NCBI GenBank assembly: GCA_030748335.1
Contig: JASMMD010000003.1
Coordinates: forward strand, 1 to 56,690
Source: Candidatus Thalassarchaeum sp.
GTDB lineage: Archaea; Thermoplasmatota; Poseidoniia; Poseidoniales; Thalassarchaeaceae
Direction of reading: 5' to 3'
Length of the DNA stretch: 56,690 nt
Position numbers and translations under genes: made by a program. The notes beneath the pieces are model-generated. The model was not told where the DNA came from and searched no databases. It saw nothing but the letters and a program-made list of their open reading frames with translations. Positions 19,883 to 28,689 of the stretch are shown in pieces; position 1 is the stretch's first letter, and each line of letters opens with the position of its first letter.

Positions 19883-20896
19883 TCAAGTAATACGCACCTG
19901 TGAATCCGAACCCTCGTCCAAGGTGGCTAGGACGTTGTCGACTATCGAGTCGAATGAGTCAGCAGTCTCACCATCGGGCTCCGCGACGATTCGATGCACA
20001 CCGTCATCGCCCCCCCTGACTATGCCCGGGTCGAACGGTAGCGAACCGAGGAAGGGAACATCGAGTTCCGCTGCGGCGGAGGCACCTCCTCCTGACTTGA
20101 AGACGTCCAGCGTCAGCGACCAGTTCCCCGCCTCGTCCGCCATTGCCTGCAGTGGTACCCCCCCTGGACCCATGACAGATACCTCAGATCCGGGTTCGGC
20201 AGTGCCTCGGATGGTGTAACCGCTCATGTTCTCGACCACGCCAAGCACCGGGACTGAGAGAGTCTTGGCGAAGTTGATTGACTTGCGACTGTCAAGCAGC
20301 GCTACCTCTTGGGGGGTAGTCACGATTACCACGCCATCGATTCCCGGCAGGTTCTGACTGACTGTCAACGGCTCGTCACTGGTTCCCGGCGGGAAGTCGA
20401 TGATGAGCGCATCCAATTCGCCCCATGCTACGTCTCCGATGAACTGCTGGATGGCCCCGAGCTTGATTGGACCTCTCCAGATGACGGGCTTGTCAGGATC
20501 CTCCAGAAGGAAGGCCATCGATATCACCTTCAACCCGTGAGGGCCGGTGGCAGGGTGAATCTGACCGTCTTCGACATTCAGTTCAGCTGCCTCTATTCCA
20601 AGCATCTTCGGCACATTCGGTCCAGTGATGTCTATGTCCATCAGTCCGACCTTCATGCCCCTGCGCGCGAGGCAAAGCGCCAGTCCAGTGGCGACGGTGG
20701 ACTTTCCGACCCCGCCCTTCCCGGACAGGACCATCACCTTGCGCTTGATGTCCTCGTCCAGCTTTGTCATCCGCAGTTTGCGCTGCATCTGCTGGTAGGC
20801 CTGCTCCATCTGTGCCTTCTGCTCCGGAGAAGCACCCTCCTCCTCGGGCTTGTCGACCACACCTCCCGTGTGGTGGCTGATTGGTGAATCCGCCAT
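19883..20896 (-). CDS. Mrp/NBP35/ApbC-family P-loop ATPase lacking the CxxC cluster-ligand motif
   Basis: Motifs VMVLSGKGGVGKSTVATGLA (deviant Walker A), DFPPGTSDE, VVENMS. Where Mrp proteins carry CxxC, this one has a ~35-aa Cys-free insert. Confidence 0.75.
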   Translation of the reverse strand: MADSPISHHTGGVVDKPEEEGASPEQKAQMEQAYQQMQRKLRMTKLDEDIKRKVMVLSGKGGVGKSTVATGLALCLARRGMKVGLMDIDITGPNVPKMLGIEAAELNVEDGQIHPATGPHGLKVISMAFLLEDPDKPVIWRGPIKLGAIQQFIGDVAWGELDALIIDFPPGTSDEPLTVSQNLPGIDGVVIVTTPQEVALLDSRKSINFAKTLSVPVLGVVENMSGYTIRGTAEPGSEVSVMGPGGVPLQAMADEAGNWSLTLDVFKSGGGASAAAELDVPFLGSLPFDPGIVRGGDDGVHRIVAEPDGETADSFDSIVDNVLATLDEGSDSQVRIT

Positions 20897-21004
20897 GCTT
20901 CTCTCGCGGCATGAGGCGTACTTGAATCCTGTTCAGGCCCCCTCACGTAACTTACTGCGAATATTGTGGTTTAGTTCATTAAACCCGGACGGCACACGCA
21001 TTCC

Positions 21005-21364
21005 ATGCGCCTGCTTTTCGTCTGCGTCGGCAACACCTGCCGCAGCCAGATGGCCGAGTCGGTCGCTAAGAGTATGGGGCACGAGGCCGAATCGGCCGGG
21101 ACGAGCCCGGGTTTCGAAGTGGCTCGGGATGCGATTAGGGTGACGGGGGAGATTGGCATAGACATGAGCGGCCAGTACCCCAAATCGGTGGACGATGTCG
21201 ACGCCTCAGGCTTCGACCGAATAATCAGCATGGGCTGCGGCGTGGAGTGTCCGGCCTTGCCCATAGACGATGATTGGGGCCTTGAGGACCCGGTGGGTCG
21301 GGGCGAGGATTTCTACAGGAGCACGCTTGAGGAAATCAAGCAGCGCCTATTGACTCTACAATAA
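21005..21364 (+). CDS. arsC: Arsenate reductase / low-molecular-weight phosphotyrosine phosphatase family
   Basis: MRLLFVCVGNTCRSQMAE (CX5R P-loop) plus a downstream Cys pair, MGCGVECP, as in thioredoxin-coupled ArsC. Confidence 0.7.
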   Translation: MRLLFVCVGNTCRSQMAESVAKSMGHEAESAGTSPGFEVARDAIRVTGEIGIDMSGQYPKSVDDVDASGFDRIISMGCGVECPALPIDDDWGLEDPVGRGEDFYRSTLEEIKQRLLTLQ

Positions 21365-21409
21365 GCAAACCGACGCTTAGAAAAGCGATTCACGCCTCCC
21401 CGATTCCGC

Positions 21410-21484
21410 ACGAGTGTAGTGTAGTGGTTATCACCGGGCGTTGCCAACGCCTGAACCCGGGTTCAAATCCCGGCACTCGTACCA
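21410..21484 (+). tRNA. tRNA-Gly(GCC), CCA encoded
   Basis: Hand-folded cloverleaf. Acceptor ACGAGTG/CACTCGT; D arm GTGT-AGTGGTTA-TCAC; anticodon arm GGGCG-TTGCCAA-CGCCT; 4-nt variable loop; T arm CCGGG-TTCAAAT-CCCGG; discriminator A then CCA. Has an unusual A1:U72 pair. Confidence 0.88.
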
Positions 21485-21564
21485 ATCTGCTGCGTCCCCC
21501 CCCTCCTTCATGCCATGGAGATGGCTTCGACAGATTCAATATGTGAGGCCCGTGACTACGCTCC

Positions 21565-21909
21565 ATGAAGGAATTCAGAATCAACATGAGTGACGAACCC
21601 GGCTCCCTAGCAGAGCACTGCGAGGCCATAGCTTCCGGAGACGTGAACATACTGGCCATCGTTGCCATAGCGGGCGACTCCGCATCTGCCGCGATACTTA
21701 CTGACAACGCAGATGCCACCATCTCAGCGCTAGATAGGATGGGTGCCGATTACTCGGTGTCCGAACTCAAGTCGGCCAAGATGGAGCACAAGCCCGGCTC
21801 ATTGGCCGCCTTCACGAGGGGAATGGCAAACTCGGGAGTGAATCTCAGATCGCTGTACGTCATGTCGATGGACGGCGAAAGCGCAACTATCGGTTACACT
21901 ACCGAGTGA
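21565..21909 (+). CDS. ACT-domain protein (two ACT-like halves)
   Basis: FRINMSDEPGSLAEHCEAIASGDVNILAI and MEHKPGSLAAFTRGMANSGVNLRSLYV both fit the ACT beta-alpha-beta start pattern. The gene lies between the two tRNA-Gly genes. Confidence 0.6.
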   Translation: MKEFRINMSDEPGSLAEHCEAIASGDVNILAIVAIAGDSASAAILTDNADATISALDRMGADYSVSELKSAKMEHKPGSLAAFTRGMANSGVNLRSLYVMSMDGESATIGYTTE

Positions 21910-21914
21910 TACGA

Positions 21915-21989
21915 GCGGACATGGTCTAGTGGTTATGACAGCAGGTTCCCAACCTGCTAACCCGGGTTCAACTCCCGGTGTCCGCACCA
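21915..21989 (+). tRNA. tRNA-Gly(CCC), CCA encoded
   Basis: Acceptor GCGGACA/TGTCCGC; D arm GTCT-AGTGGTTA-TGAC; anticodon arm GCAGG-TTCCCAA-CCTGC; T arm CCGGG-TTCAACT-CCCGG; discriminator A then CCA. Confidence 0.9.
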
Positions 21990-22046
21990 ATCGCTCGAAG
22001 ACCAATCAGCAACGCTAATCCGCAAATCGGAATTCGCACGGCCACA

Positions 22047-22124
22047 GGGCCCGTGGGTTAGCTTGGCCTATACTTGGCGCTTCGGGGGCGTTAGACCCCA
22101 GTTCAAATCTGGGCGGGCCCACCA
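22047..22124 (+). tRNA. tRNA-Pro(CGG), CCA encoded
   Basis: Acceptor GGGCCCG/CGGGCCC; D arm GGTT-AGCTTGGCCTA-TACT; anticodon arm GGCGC-TTCGGGG-GCGTT (G37 as expected for Pro); T arm CCCAG-TTCAAAT-CTGGG; discriminator A then CCA. Confidence 0.85.
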
Positions 22125-22454
22125 CTAGTAGTGACCTATGGTCGTGAGGCAACGCTCGATCAGACTCGCCACCTCGCTGATCAACGGATCCTCCTCCTCG
22201 GCGAACCTGAGCGTCGCGGCCCCGTGCCTCCTAGGGGCGAGGCCGTCAGGCAGTGTGTGAGGGTGATAGTAGAGCGGCAGCAGGTAAAGCCCGACGTGGC
22301 GGAGTTGAATCCTGACTGTGGCGAATGGCCTGCCCGCCTCGGTCTCGATTCGCAGGTCTCCAGGCTCGTCCACGATGACCGGTAGCCCTGCACAGCCCTC
22401 CCGGACGATATCGGCCAACCTAGCCCAGAGGAACAGGTAATCAGGATTCTTCAT
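22125..22454 (-). CDS. Small conserved-looking protein, possibly DUF1801/YdhG-like
   Basis: 109 aa. Its start overlaps the hbd stop as ATGA, so it is the last gene of the boxB-like operon. Family assignment rests on weak pattern memory only (..HVGLYLLP..ATLRFAEEEDPLISEVASLIERC). Confidence 0.4.
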   Translation of the reverse strand: MKNPDYLFLWARLADIVREGCAGLPVIVDEPGDLRIETEAGRPFATVRIQLRHVGLYLLPLYYHPHTLPDGLAPRRHGAATLRFAEEEDPLISEVASLIERCLTTIGHY

Positions 22455-23326
22455 CGCTCGACCTTCTCGCCACTGGTCCAGTCATAGATTCCCTTACCGG
22501 TCTTCTTGCCTAGATCGCCAGCCCCAACCAACCGGTCAAGCATGGGGTGCGGACGGTAACTCTCGTCATCGAAGGCCTCGGCCAGATTGTTGAGTATGTC
22601 ACGTCGTACGTCCAGACCGACTAGGTCACTGAGTTCCAGAGGTCCCATTGGATGCCTGTAGCCAAGACGCATCGCAGTATCTATGTCGCTGGCCGAGGCG
22701 ACTCCCTCAGCTAACATCCGTATCGCCTCGTTGCCGAGCACCACGCCGAGCCTGCTGGTGGCGAACCCAGGGACATCGCGAACCAGTATGGTCTCCTTTC
22801 CCATCGCAGAACCGATCGACTGCGCGGCTGCAATGGTCGCATCCGAGCATGAATCATGGCGGACTAACTCAAGCAGACTCATTAGTGGGACCGGATTGAA
22901 GAAGTGCATACCGATAACACGCTCTGCACAATCGGTCGCATCAGCAATCTCTCCTATGGGTAAGCCGGAGGTGTTGGTCGCAAGCACTGCGTGAGCGGGA
23001 GACAGTGTCTCCAACTCACGGAAGAGATCCTGCTTGAGATCCATGTTCTCAGGCACGGCCTCGATGACCAGATCCGCACCAGATACGGCCTCGGCCATGT
23101 TCTCACAGGCACTCAGATTGATCGACCACTCCGACTTCTGCTGCTCGGTTGTCTTCCCACGAGCAATCCCCTTGTCCCAGAAGGCGTGAATAGAATCCAT
23201 CCCCTTCTGCAGACCCTCTGGGAATGCGTCGTAGAGCCGGGTGTTCCAACCGGTCTGGGCACTGACCTGCGCAATTCCAGCGCCCATCGTCCCGGCGCCG
23301 ATGACGGCGACGGTACTGACATCCAT
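22451..23326 (-). CDS. hbd: 3-hydroxyacyl-CoA (3-hydroxybutyryl-CoA) dehydrogenase
   Basis: VAVIGAGTMGAGIAQV Rossmann motif, plus HFFNPVPLM and the C-terminal dimerisation domain. Start set to MDVSTVAVIGAG (ATG at 23326). Confidence 0.9.
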   Translation of the reverse strand: MDVSTVAVIGAGTMGAGIAQVSAQTGWNTRLYDAFPEGLQKGMDSIHAFWDKGIARGKTTEQQKSEWSINLSACENMAEAVSGADLVIEAVPENMDLKQDLFRELETLSPAHAVLATNTSGLPIGEIADATDCAERVIGMHFFNPVPLMSLLELVRHDSCSDATIAAAQSIGSAMGKETILVRDVPGFATSRLGVVLGNEAIRMLAEGVASASDIDTAMRLGYRHPMGPLELSDLVGLDVRRDILNNLAEAFDDESYRPHPMLDRLVGAGDLGKKTGKGIYDWTSGEKVER

Positions 23327-23330
23327 TGAA

Positions 23331-23891
23331 TCACTCCCGGCCGTATGCTGCAAGCGCGGCTTGGAACAGCCGCTGCCGTGGCACATCGTGCTCTATGAAG
23401 CAGGTGAAAGGAGCTACATCCTTGAGCAGCTCGATTGCACTGACGTAGGCTCCGTAAACGAACGGGTCAGCTGATTCGGTGTAAGGTATTTCGATACCAA
23501 GTTTGGCTAGCCCCCTCCGGGTGTCTTCATCCCATATGGCATAGGTATGGTTGGTGAAGTGCAGGTATGCGGAGAGCCTGCGAAGGTCCGACCTAGCCTT
23601 TTCGGTAAAACTCTCGAGCAGGAGAGTGTCGGGATACCTGATGGCGTACAGCGCCAGCATCACCTCTCTCTGAGTCTCCTCGCGCCAGTCTCTCTCGTCC
23701 AGCCCCATCCAGGCGTCGATCATGTCCAGCATCTCAGGAGTGTATGGTTTGCGAACCCGATACAGCAGTTCCTCGTAACCCTCGGCATTCCCCTGCTCGG
23801 AGTGGTGGTACTGGTGGAAGTAGTCAGTCAGCATATCGAAGAACGGAGCGCATCGCTCCTTGTCAAACGATGACAGAGCCACATGCTGCAT
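23331..23891 (-). CDS. Hypothetical protein (His/aromatic-rich), operonic between the boxB-like gene and hbd
   Basis: 186-aa ORF with normal composition, tightly packed (gaps of 16 nt and 4 nt). No family recognised. Confidence 0.5.
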   Translation of the reverse strand: MQHVALSSFDKERCAPFFDMLTDYFHQYHHSEQGNAEGYEELLYRVRKPYTPEMLDMIDAWMGLDERDWREETQREVMLALYAIRYPDTLLLESFTEKARSDLRRLSAYLHFTNHTYAIWDEDTRRGLAKLGIEIPYTESADPFVYGAYVSAIELLKDVAPFTCFIEHDVPRQRLFQAALAAYGRE

Positions 23892-23907
23892 GCGGAAGCC
23901 CCCAGGC

Positions 23908-25050
23908 TCAGTCGCCCTTCCACTCGCGGTACTGTATCCACTCTTCCTTCATGTACTCGTTGATCAGCTTCTCCTCGTCCTCCTCAGTGGGTAGGACGGC
24001 CGAGAGGTACTCATCCCAAGCAACATCATCGCCCTCGAAGTCCTCGCCATGTACTGTGTAGCGCTTACCGGCGTACTTGCCGATTCCGCGCTTGAACTTG
24101 TCAGATGGGATGTAGAGCTCCGGCTCGCCCTCCTTGCGGACCTTGCTGATTCTGCGCATCTCGTCGCGCAACTCCTGGAAATACAATTCTCTGCTGGCTT
24201 CGTTCAGATGCTCTCTGTCTGCGGGCTCCTGCGCCTCTCGTTCGTCGTATCTGCCCTTGACTCCGTAGACATATGCCCACTGTGCACTAGTAGAGTCGTC
24301 CGTACCGAACAGATCCAGGCCTGTACTAACCCACTTGTTGAGGTACTTCTGAAGCAACGCGCAGGGGATTACGCCCTGTTTCACTATCCGTCGCAGGCCA
24401 TTGGCTCCAGTTCCGAGATGGAAAGACTCCTCTTTGAGCATCGGACCCATGCTAGCGGCTAGTGGCTTGAAAGACGAGGTGCTAAGCATCTTGAGTTGAT
24501 ATTTGCCATCACGGTCGATGAAGTGGGTGAAGCAGAAGAAGTCAAGCCAGTGGTCGATTGGTGCGTTGAAAGAGCCCAGAATCCTAGTGCCCTCCTGAGC
24601 GTTCCTCTCGAGTAGCTTGGCTGCCTCGCGCATACCCTGCTCACCAAAGAATGTGCAAAGAAGATAGGCCATCTGCCAGCCGTGCCGCTGCTCTTCACAC
24701 ATGATTCGCAGAGCCGATTTACGGTCGTACTCGGTCGGCGCCGAGGCCAGCAGATGATTCTGTTGCTCAACTGATGCGAACTCTGTGTCGCCTTGGACAC
24801 TCACCATGTTGATGATGGCGTCTCGAATGGTCTGCTGGGGGATTTGCATCCTACGATTCCACTTCGGTTTGCCTTCGAAGTCGCCGAACTCGATTTGGTT
24901 ACCAGCAGTGTCCCAGTCGAACTTGATGTCGAAGCGGTAGTCACCGAGCCACGAAGGATCGAAGCCTATTCTGGTCTGCCACTCATTGAAGTCGTCAATC
25001 CATCCCTCAAAGTTCTGAGTGTAGTCAGCGACCACTTCAGTATCCGCCAT
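23908..25050 (-). CDS. Diiron-carboxylate oxygenase resembling benzoyl-CoA 2,3-epoxidase subunit B (BoxB) / PaaA superfamily
   Basis: Two ExxH motifs (CEEQRHGWQMAYLL and LKEESFHLGTG). Blocks VQGDTEFASVEQQNHL and FTHFIDRDGKYQLKML match my recollection of BoxB-family conserved blocks. Start set to MADTEV (ATG at 25050). Confidence 0.65.
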   Translation of the reverse strand: MADTEVVADYTQNFEGWIDDFNEWQTRIGFDPSWLGDYRFDIKFDWDTAGNQIEFGDFEGKPKWNRRMQIPQQTIRDAIINMVSVQGDTEFASVEQQNHLLASAPTEYDRKSALRIMCEEQRHGWQMAYLLCTFFGEQGMREAAKLLERNAQEGTRILGSFNAPIDHWLDFFCFTHFIDRDGKYQLKMLSTSSFKPLAASMGPMLKEESFHLGTGANGLRRIVKQGVIPCALLQKYLNKWVSTGLDLFGTDDSTSAQWAYVYGVKGRYDEREAQEPADREHLNEASRELYFQELRDEMRRISKVRKEGEPELYIPSDKFKRGIGKYAGKRYTVHGEDFEGDDVAWDEYLSAVLPTEEDEEKLINEYMKEEWIQYREWKGD

Positions 25051-25099
25051 AATCTCCCGACTCCCTTTTCGCTTTTGAAGTAATATCCGAACGTACAAA

Positions 25100-25753
25100 T
25101 CAATCCTTGGGGCTCTTTCTCCGGACCGAGTCGGAGAATTCTTCGATTATCCTGTGCTCGATGAGTTGAATCATCTCGCAGAGTGTCGATTTGGAGACGT
25201 CTACCTTACTTGCCAAATTAGTCAAGGTAATCCTCCTCGGAGTGTCGTAGTACCCGTGCCTCACTGCGAGATCGAAGACTTCTCTCTGTCGCACAGTGAG
25301 CAATCTCGACTCCCCTACCTTCGATAGTGAGTGAATCTTGTGATGCAATCCTAACTTATTCAGCCCCTCCACCAGATTCTTCATGTGCATGTTGTCAGTG
25401 ACGAATTCCCAATCTACCCAGCCGTCCCTGACTTCGAATGGGGTGTGGGGTAGCACCTCAGCCTCGATCAGAGGCCGCAGGAACCCGCCCCCCCCTTTCA
25501 TGATGGTGATGTTGATTTCGACCGAGTCGGCGTGTTCATCGAAGAATAAGACAGCCTCGACCCCTGGGTGTGAAGACAGTTCATCCTTGAACTTCTGCAG
25601 TCCGTACCCGCTGGCCCTCCCTCGAGCCGAGCCACGGCCCTTGGATAGGGCCATGTGCTCTTCTATTCGCAAAATGATATGGTGGTTGGACCTCGAAACA
25701 TCACCGGCCCAGTGACCGTCCGGCAGACGTATCGATATGTACAGATGCTGCAT
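25100..25753 (-). CDS. HTH_10 (Bat/DmsR/NarO-type) transcription regulator
   Basis: C-terminal LTVRQREVFDLAVRHGYYDTPRRITLTNLASKVDVSKSTLCEMIQLIEHRII is the typical haloarchaeal-type HTH_10 domain. Start set to MQHLYISIRLPDGHW (ATG at 25753), which matches the usual N-terminus of this family. Confidence 0.75.
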   Translation of the reverse strand: MQHLYISIRLPDGHWAGDVSRSNHHIILRIEEHMALSKGRGSARGRASGYGLQKFKDELSSHPGVEAVLFFDEHADSVEINITIMKGGGGFLRPLIEAEVLPHTPFEVRDGWVDWEFVTDNMHMKNLVEGLNKLGLHHKIHSLSKVGESRLLTVRQREVFDLAVRHGYYDTPRRITLTNLASKVDVSKSTLCEMIQLIEHRIIEEFSDSVRRKSPKD

Positions 25754-25784
25754 CGCCACCCCTGCTCCTCTCAAGGCTCCTTCT

Positions 25785-26438
25785 TTATTCATCTTCGTCA
25801 CTCACCTCTGTCCTCGCACCACCATGCGGGATGATGTGGACTATGATTAATGAGGCCGCAAGACCGAGCAGGAACGGGGGCATCAAACTGGGCTCCCCCG
25901 CTCCAGGGGAATCGTCACTGGGTGGCCCCTTCATCAATCCGGTGAGCACCGACCACGCGTCGTCGGAATCAGCGGTACCATCTCCATCTACGGTGTTCGC
26001 ATACACGCGGTAACTGATGTCGCGGGCGTATGAGGATGGCGCAGTCCAGATGACAGTCCACGTCCTGTCCATATTGCCCGACTCTGTATGGGTGGCCTCA
26101 CCGTCCACCACATGCACCGCATCGTCGAGTACAGACAGGCTTCCGGCATCCACATGCAGGTTGAATCCCCCCAAGGCGCTGCCGTCCTCACTGACCGAGC
26201 TCAGGGCGGTGATTGAGATCTCGTACTTGACAGAGGCTTCCCACTTCTCTGGGAATCCTGTGACTTCTATGCTCACGCTGTCGCTAGCTATCCCTCCACC
26301 ATGGCACAAGCAGCCGTGCTCCACCGCTTCTCCAGTGATGCCAATGGGATAGGACATTGTGGTGGGGGCCAAGACGGTGAAAATAATGAAGAAAAAGCAT
26401 GCCAGCCATCTAGAGACACAAGGTCCCTTATTTTCCAT
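25785..26438 (-). CDS. Exported, C-terminally anchored protein made of one Reeler-like CxCH domain (paralog of the CoxA N-terminal domain)
   Basis: Signal peptide (WLACFFFIIFTVLAPTT), domain with GCLCHGG..GGFNLHV..ATHTESGN..WTVIWTAPSS..NTVDGDG, Pro-rich linker, TM (FLLGLAASLIIVHII), acidic tail. Clearly alignable to residues ~45-190 of the 26524..28713 ORF. Confidence 0.8.
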   Translation of the reverse strand: MENKGPCVSRWLACFFFIIFTVLAPTTMSYPIGITGEAVEHGCLCHGGGIASDSVSIEVTGFPEKWEASVKYEISITALSSVSEDGSALGGFNLHVDAGSLSVLDDAVHVVDGEATHTESGNMDRTWTVIWTAPSSYARDISYRVYANTVDGDGTADSDDAWSVLTGLMKGPPSDDSPGAGEPSLMPPFLLGLAASLIIVHIIPHGGARTEVSDEDE

Positions 26439-26446
26439 CTAGACCC

Positions 26447-26499
26447 CCGAACATGGGTGGTATACCGAAGTCAATCACACTCGTCCCGAACATGTTCGG
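26447..26499. promoter_or_regulatory. Candidate operator pair upstream of the Reeler-like gene: perfect palindrome CCGAACATGTTCGG (26486-26499) plus half-site CGAACATGGGTGG (26448-26460), flanking TATA-like GGTATACC
   Basis: Read directly. The palindrome core is CGAA-N4-TTCG. The same words recur upstream of coxC and nirK. Confidence 0.45.
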
Positions 26500-26523
26500 T
26501 TCATTCTGTTAGTGTGTCTACCA

Positions 26524-28689
26524 TCACTCAGTCATCTCAGGAAGCACATCGAAGTCGTGCTTAGGAGGTGGGGAGGAGGTGGACCATTCGAAAGTGGTAG
26601 CGTTCCAAGGGTTGTCACCTGCCTCATCGCCTGATTTCATGCTACGGATGAAGTTCCAGAAGAATATCAGCTGGGCTACGAATACCACCAACGAGCCGAT
26701 TGTGGAGAACATCTGCTCGGTTGCCCAGCCAGTGCTTTCTTCGTAGACATAGATCCTGCGGGGCATGTCCCACATCCCGAAGAGTGGGATGAAAGTTAGA
26801 TTGATTCCGAGGAAAGTCAGCCAGAAATGCCACCAACCAAGGGTCTGGTCCAGCATCCGGCCGAACATCTTTGGGTACCAGTAGTAGATTCCGCCGAGAG
26901 TCATAACCGCAACAGAACCTAGGGTGTAGTGGAAGTGAGCCACAAGGTAGTAGGTTCCTCTGAGTTGAACGTCCATCGCTAAGCTGGAGAGGTAAACTCC
27001 GGTAATTCCGCCAATTAGGAAGATACCAATTGCCCCCATAACAAACGCTAGAGGAAGTTTGGTGAAGTCAGGTTTTGATTTGTAGAAAGTACCCAATAAA
27101 CTCAGGTATATTAGCCCGAAAGGCACAGAGATGAGTTCGGTTCCAATACTTTCGATTTTCCTGAAGGTTGGATCTATTCCAGTGAGGAACATGTGATGGG
27201 CCCAGACGAGTACGCTGAGAACAGTTGCCACAGTCAAGGCCCAGAGGATTATTCGCCGGCCATACAGATGCCGTCGTACAAACGTCGGAACAATCTCCAT
27301 TGCCATGCCTAGTCCAGGTAGTAGCACGACGTAGACCTCAGGGTGTCCAAAGAACCAGAAGATGTGTAGCCACCAAGTAGTACCATCAATGGAAGGATCG
27401 AAGAACATCGTACCGAAAACCCGGTCACCGACCAGCATCAACACCGCGCCTAGGAGTGCTGGGAATATCACCAACATCAGAATTACAGTAAATAGCATTG
27501 TCCAAGTGTACATCGGCATTTGCATCAATCCCATACTGGGGATACGGTGTCTGAGAATTGTGACTAGGAAGTTGATGGTCGAAGCAGTAACGGATAGGAT
27601 TAGCAGGACCAGACCCGCTCCAGCGAGAGACACCCCCGCACCAGGAGTGTACTCGATGCTAGTCAATGGCGAGTAGAAGGTCCATCCCACATTCGCAGCA
27701 CCACCAAAGAAGAAGCCCGAGGCTGCAGTCAGTCCGCCTAGCACATAGGCCCAGAACGAGAATGCGTTCAGCCTTGGGAAAGCCATGTCCCTAGCCCCAA
27801 TTTGCAAGGGGACCATGTAGTTCGCGAATGCGAACGCCATCGGAGAGACGGCGAAGAGCACCATTACAGCACCGTGCATGGTGACTGCTTCGTTGAACAA
27901 TCCCCCTGTCATGAAGTCGTTATTCGGCACCACTAGTTGCAGGCGAATAAGTATGGATAGTGCTAGGCCTATCACGGTGAAAATAATCGATGCCCACAGG
28001 TAAAGCAATCCGATGTCCTTGTGGTTAGTCGTGCTCAGCCAGTGGATGAGTTCGGCCTTGCCGAAGTTCTCCTTGCGCCACAACACGATGACGATGTGCA
28101 GTATGATTACCAGCAGCGCGCCTACAATAATCAACCAGGCTGGCTCGTATATGTCGATGAGCGATCCAGAGCCAGCGTTCACTCCCGCGACTTTGAACTC
28201 GAGAATGTTCCAGTGGTCTTCCGAGTTCGCTGTGGAATCACCATTCACCGAGTTCACCAGGAGGACGAACTCAGCGACAACGTTGTCGGAGCTGGGTGTG
28301 ACCCACTCGATTTGCCAAGCACGCTGGTCATTGCCCTCTTCGGTGTGTGTGGCAGAACTTTCCATAATCTGAACCGATTCGTCGACGGCGACCAGACTGC
28401 CTCGGTCGACCTTCAGGTTGAAGCCGCCAAGATTCTCTCCGCCAGCATCAGGCCCGCCAGTGAACGAGATGTCCAAGATATAGGCCTCCCCAGCGACAAA
28501 GGTCTCCGGCAGACCTTCAATTGATGGAATCACGCTTTCATCTGCCACAGAGCTGTGGCAGCTACATCCGTTGTTGATGCTTGCACCGTTAATCCCCGAC
28601 GGCAGAGCGCCTAACTGCGGAGTCAGGGCCAACAACAGCGATAGAGCCAGCAGGGCACCGAGGTAGCGCTTCTGTCGCATTGGGAGCAT
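26524..28689 (-). CDS. coxA: Heme-copper oxidase subunit I (A-type) with an N-terminal exported Reeler-like CxCH domain and one extra TM helix
   Basis: The canonical core starts at HWLSTTNHKDIGLLYLW and includes WFFGHPEVY, WAHHMF and VAHFHY. It is preceded by a signal-like MRQKRYLGALLALSLLLAL, a ~150-aa domain (NGCSCHSS..GGFNLKV..ATHTEEGN..WQIEWVTPSS..NSVNGDS) and TM0 (PAWLIIVGALLVIILHIVIVLW). The start at 28689 overlaps the coxB stop (TGATG). Confidence 0.9.
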   Translation of the reverse strand: MLPMRQKRYLGALLALSLLLALTPQLGALPSGINGASINNGCSCHSSVADESVIPSIEGLPETFVAGEAYILDISFTGGPDAGGENLGGFNLKVDRGSLVAVDESVQIMESSATHTEEGNDQRAWQIEWVTPSSDNVVAEFVLLVNSVNGDSTANSEDHWNILEFKVAGVNAGSGSLIDIYEPAWLIIVGALLVIILHIVIVLWRKENFGKAELIHWLSTTNHKDIGLLYLWASIIFTVIGLALSILIRLQLVVPNNDFMTGGLFNEAVTMHGAVMVLFAVSPMAFAFANYMVPLQIGARDMAFPRLNAFSFWAYVLGGLTAASGFFFGGAANVGWTFYSPLTSIEYTPGAGVSLAGAGLVLLILSVTASTINFLVTILRHRIPSMGLMQMPMYTWTMLFTVILMLVIFPALLGAVLMLVGDRVFGTMFFDPSIDGTTWWLHIFWFFGHPEVYVVLLPGLGMAMEIVPTFVRRHLYGRRIILWALTVATVLSVLVWAHHMFLTGIDPTFRKIESIGTELISVPFGLIYLSLLGTFYKSKPDFTKLPLAFVMGAIGIFLIGGITGVYLSSLAMDVQLRGTYYLVAHFHYTLGSVAVMTLGGIYYWYPKMFGRMLDQTLGWWHFWLTFLGINLTFIPLFGMWDMPRRIYVYEESTGWATEQMFSTIGSLVVFVAQLIFFWNFIRSMKSGDEAGDNPWNATTFEWSTSSPPPKHDFDVLPEMTE

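Noticed and set aside
21390-22005. Minus-strand ORFs 21390..21722 and 21799..22005
   Set aside because: They overlap the tRNA-Gly genes and the ACT-domain ORF, and their translations are not protein-like.
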